From: Rhina ancylostomus
Lineage: Eukaryota
DNA length: 63,813 nt
Assembly (NCBI GenBank): GCA_030265395.1
Contig: JARFYF010000017.1
Coordinates: 28,013,979 to 28,077,791 of the forward strand
Direction of reading: 5' to 3'
The notes beneath the pieces are model-generated. The model saw nothing but the letters and a program-made list of their open reading frames with translations, was not told where the DNA came from and did not search any database. The position numbers and the translations under genes are program-made. The number at the start of each line of letters is the position of its first letter. Positions within the stretch are counted from its first letter, which is position 1. Below, one piece after another: positions 63,430 through 63,813 of the stretch.

Positions 63430-63813
63430 GATGATACAAGGCTAGGTGAGATTGTGAGTAAGGTGAGGCTTCAAGGGGATAGAGACAAGGTAAATGAGTA
63501 GCAGGATTACTATAAAGTAGAAAAATGTGAAGTTATCCACTTCAGTGCACAAAACAAAAAGTAGAATGCTGTTTTAAATAGTGAGAAATGGGGTAATGCT
63601 GAAGTTCAAGGGGACCCCGATTTCATCATACACGTCGTAGAAGGCCAACATGCATATACAGCGTGTAATTAGAAAGGCAAATGATATGTTGGATTATGAG
63701 GATTGAGTAGAGGAGTAAAGATGCATCACTGCAATTATATGGGGCTTTGGCAAGTCTAGACTATTTACGGTTTTGGTATCCTTGCCTGAAAATGGATGTA
63801 TTTGCTATAGAGC
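63430..63813 (+). mobile_element. CR1 RT fragment running off the window
   Basis: DDTRLG...RLQGD...KVEKCEVIHF...IRKANDML...LYGAL. Confidence 0.75.

Noticed and set aside
1-63813. A novel multi-gene or prokaryote-type system (operon, defence island, endogenous virus)
   Set aside because: No long intact ORFs exist other than UQCRFS1. All RT, endonuclease and esterase motifs belong to known non-LTR or Penelope retroelement families and are disrupted.

Overview
This is AT-rich, repeat-dense vertebrate nuclear DNA from a gapped draft assembly (15 N-runs). The repeat content (HE1-like V-SINEs, Deu-domain SINEs, CR1, Rex1/Babar, RTE, L2 and Penelope-like elements) points to a cartilaginous fish (shark or ray); that assignment is an inference. 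One protein-coding gene is supported: the two-exon UQCRFS1 (Rieske Fe-S subunit of complex III) on the + strand. Exon 1 CDS is 43703-43913, the phase-1 intron is ~9.9 kb, and exon 2 CDS is 53836-54445 with an internal N-gap. Its CpG-island promoter carries three NRF-1-type sites and a perfect CRE. Nearly every other ORF in the track is a decayed retroelement fragment or an N-gap artefact. I do not see a convincingly new protein-coding system. Three unexplained signals stand out. (1) An orphan CpG-rich promoter-like element at ~11.0-11.35 kb has a CRE, YY1 motifs and a consensus splice donor, and is built on a ~75-bp repeat whose two visible copies differ almost only by CpG transitions. (2) Several Penelope-like element tails carry decayed minimal hammerhead-ribozyme cores, some in inverted pairs. 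(3) A long CR1 ends ~270 bp before the UQCRFS1 promoter motifs. Repeat boundaries are approximate and family names come from motif recognition, not database searches.
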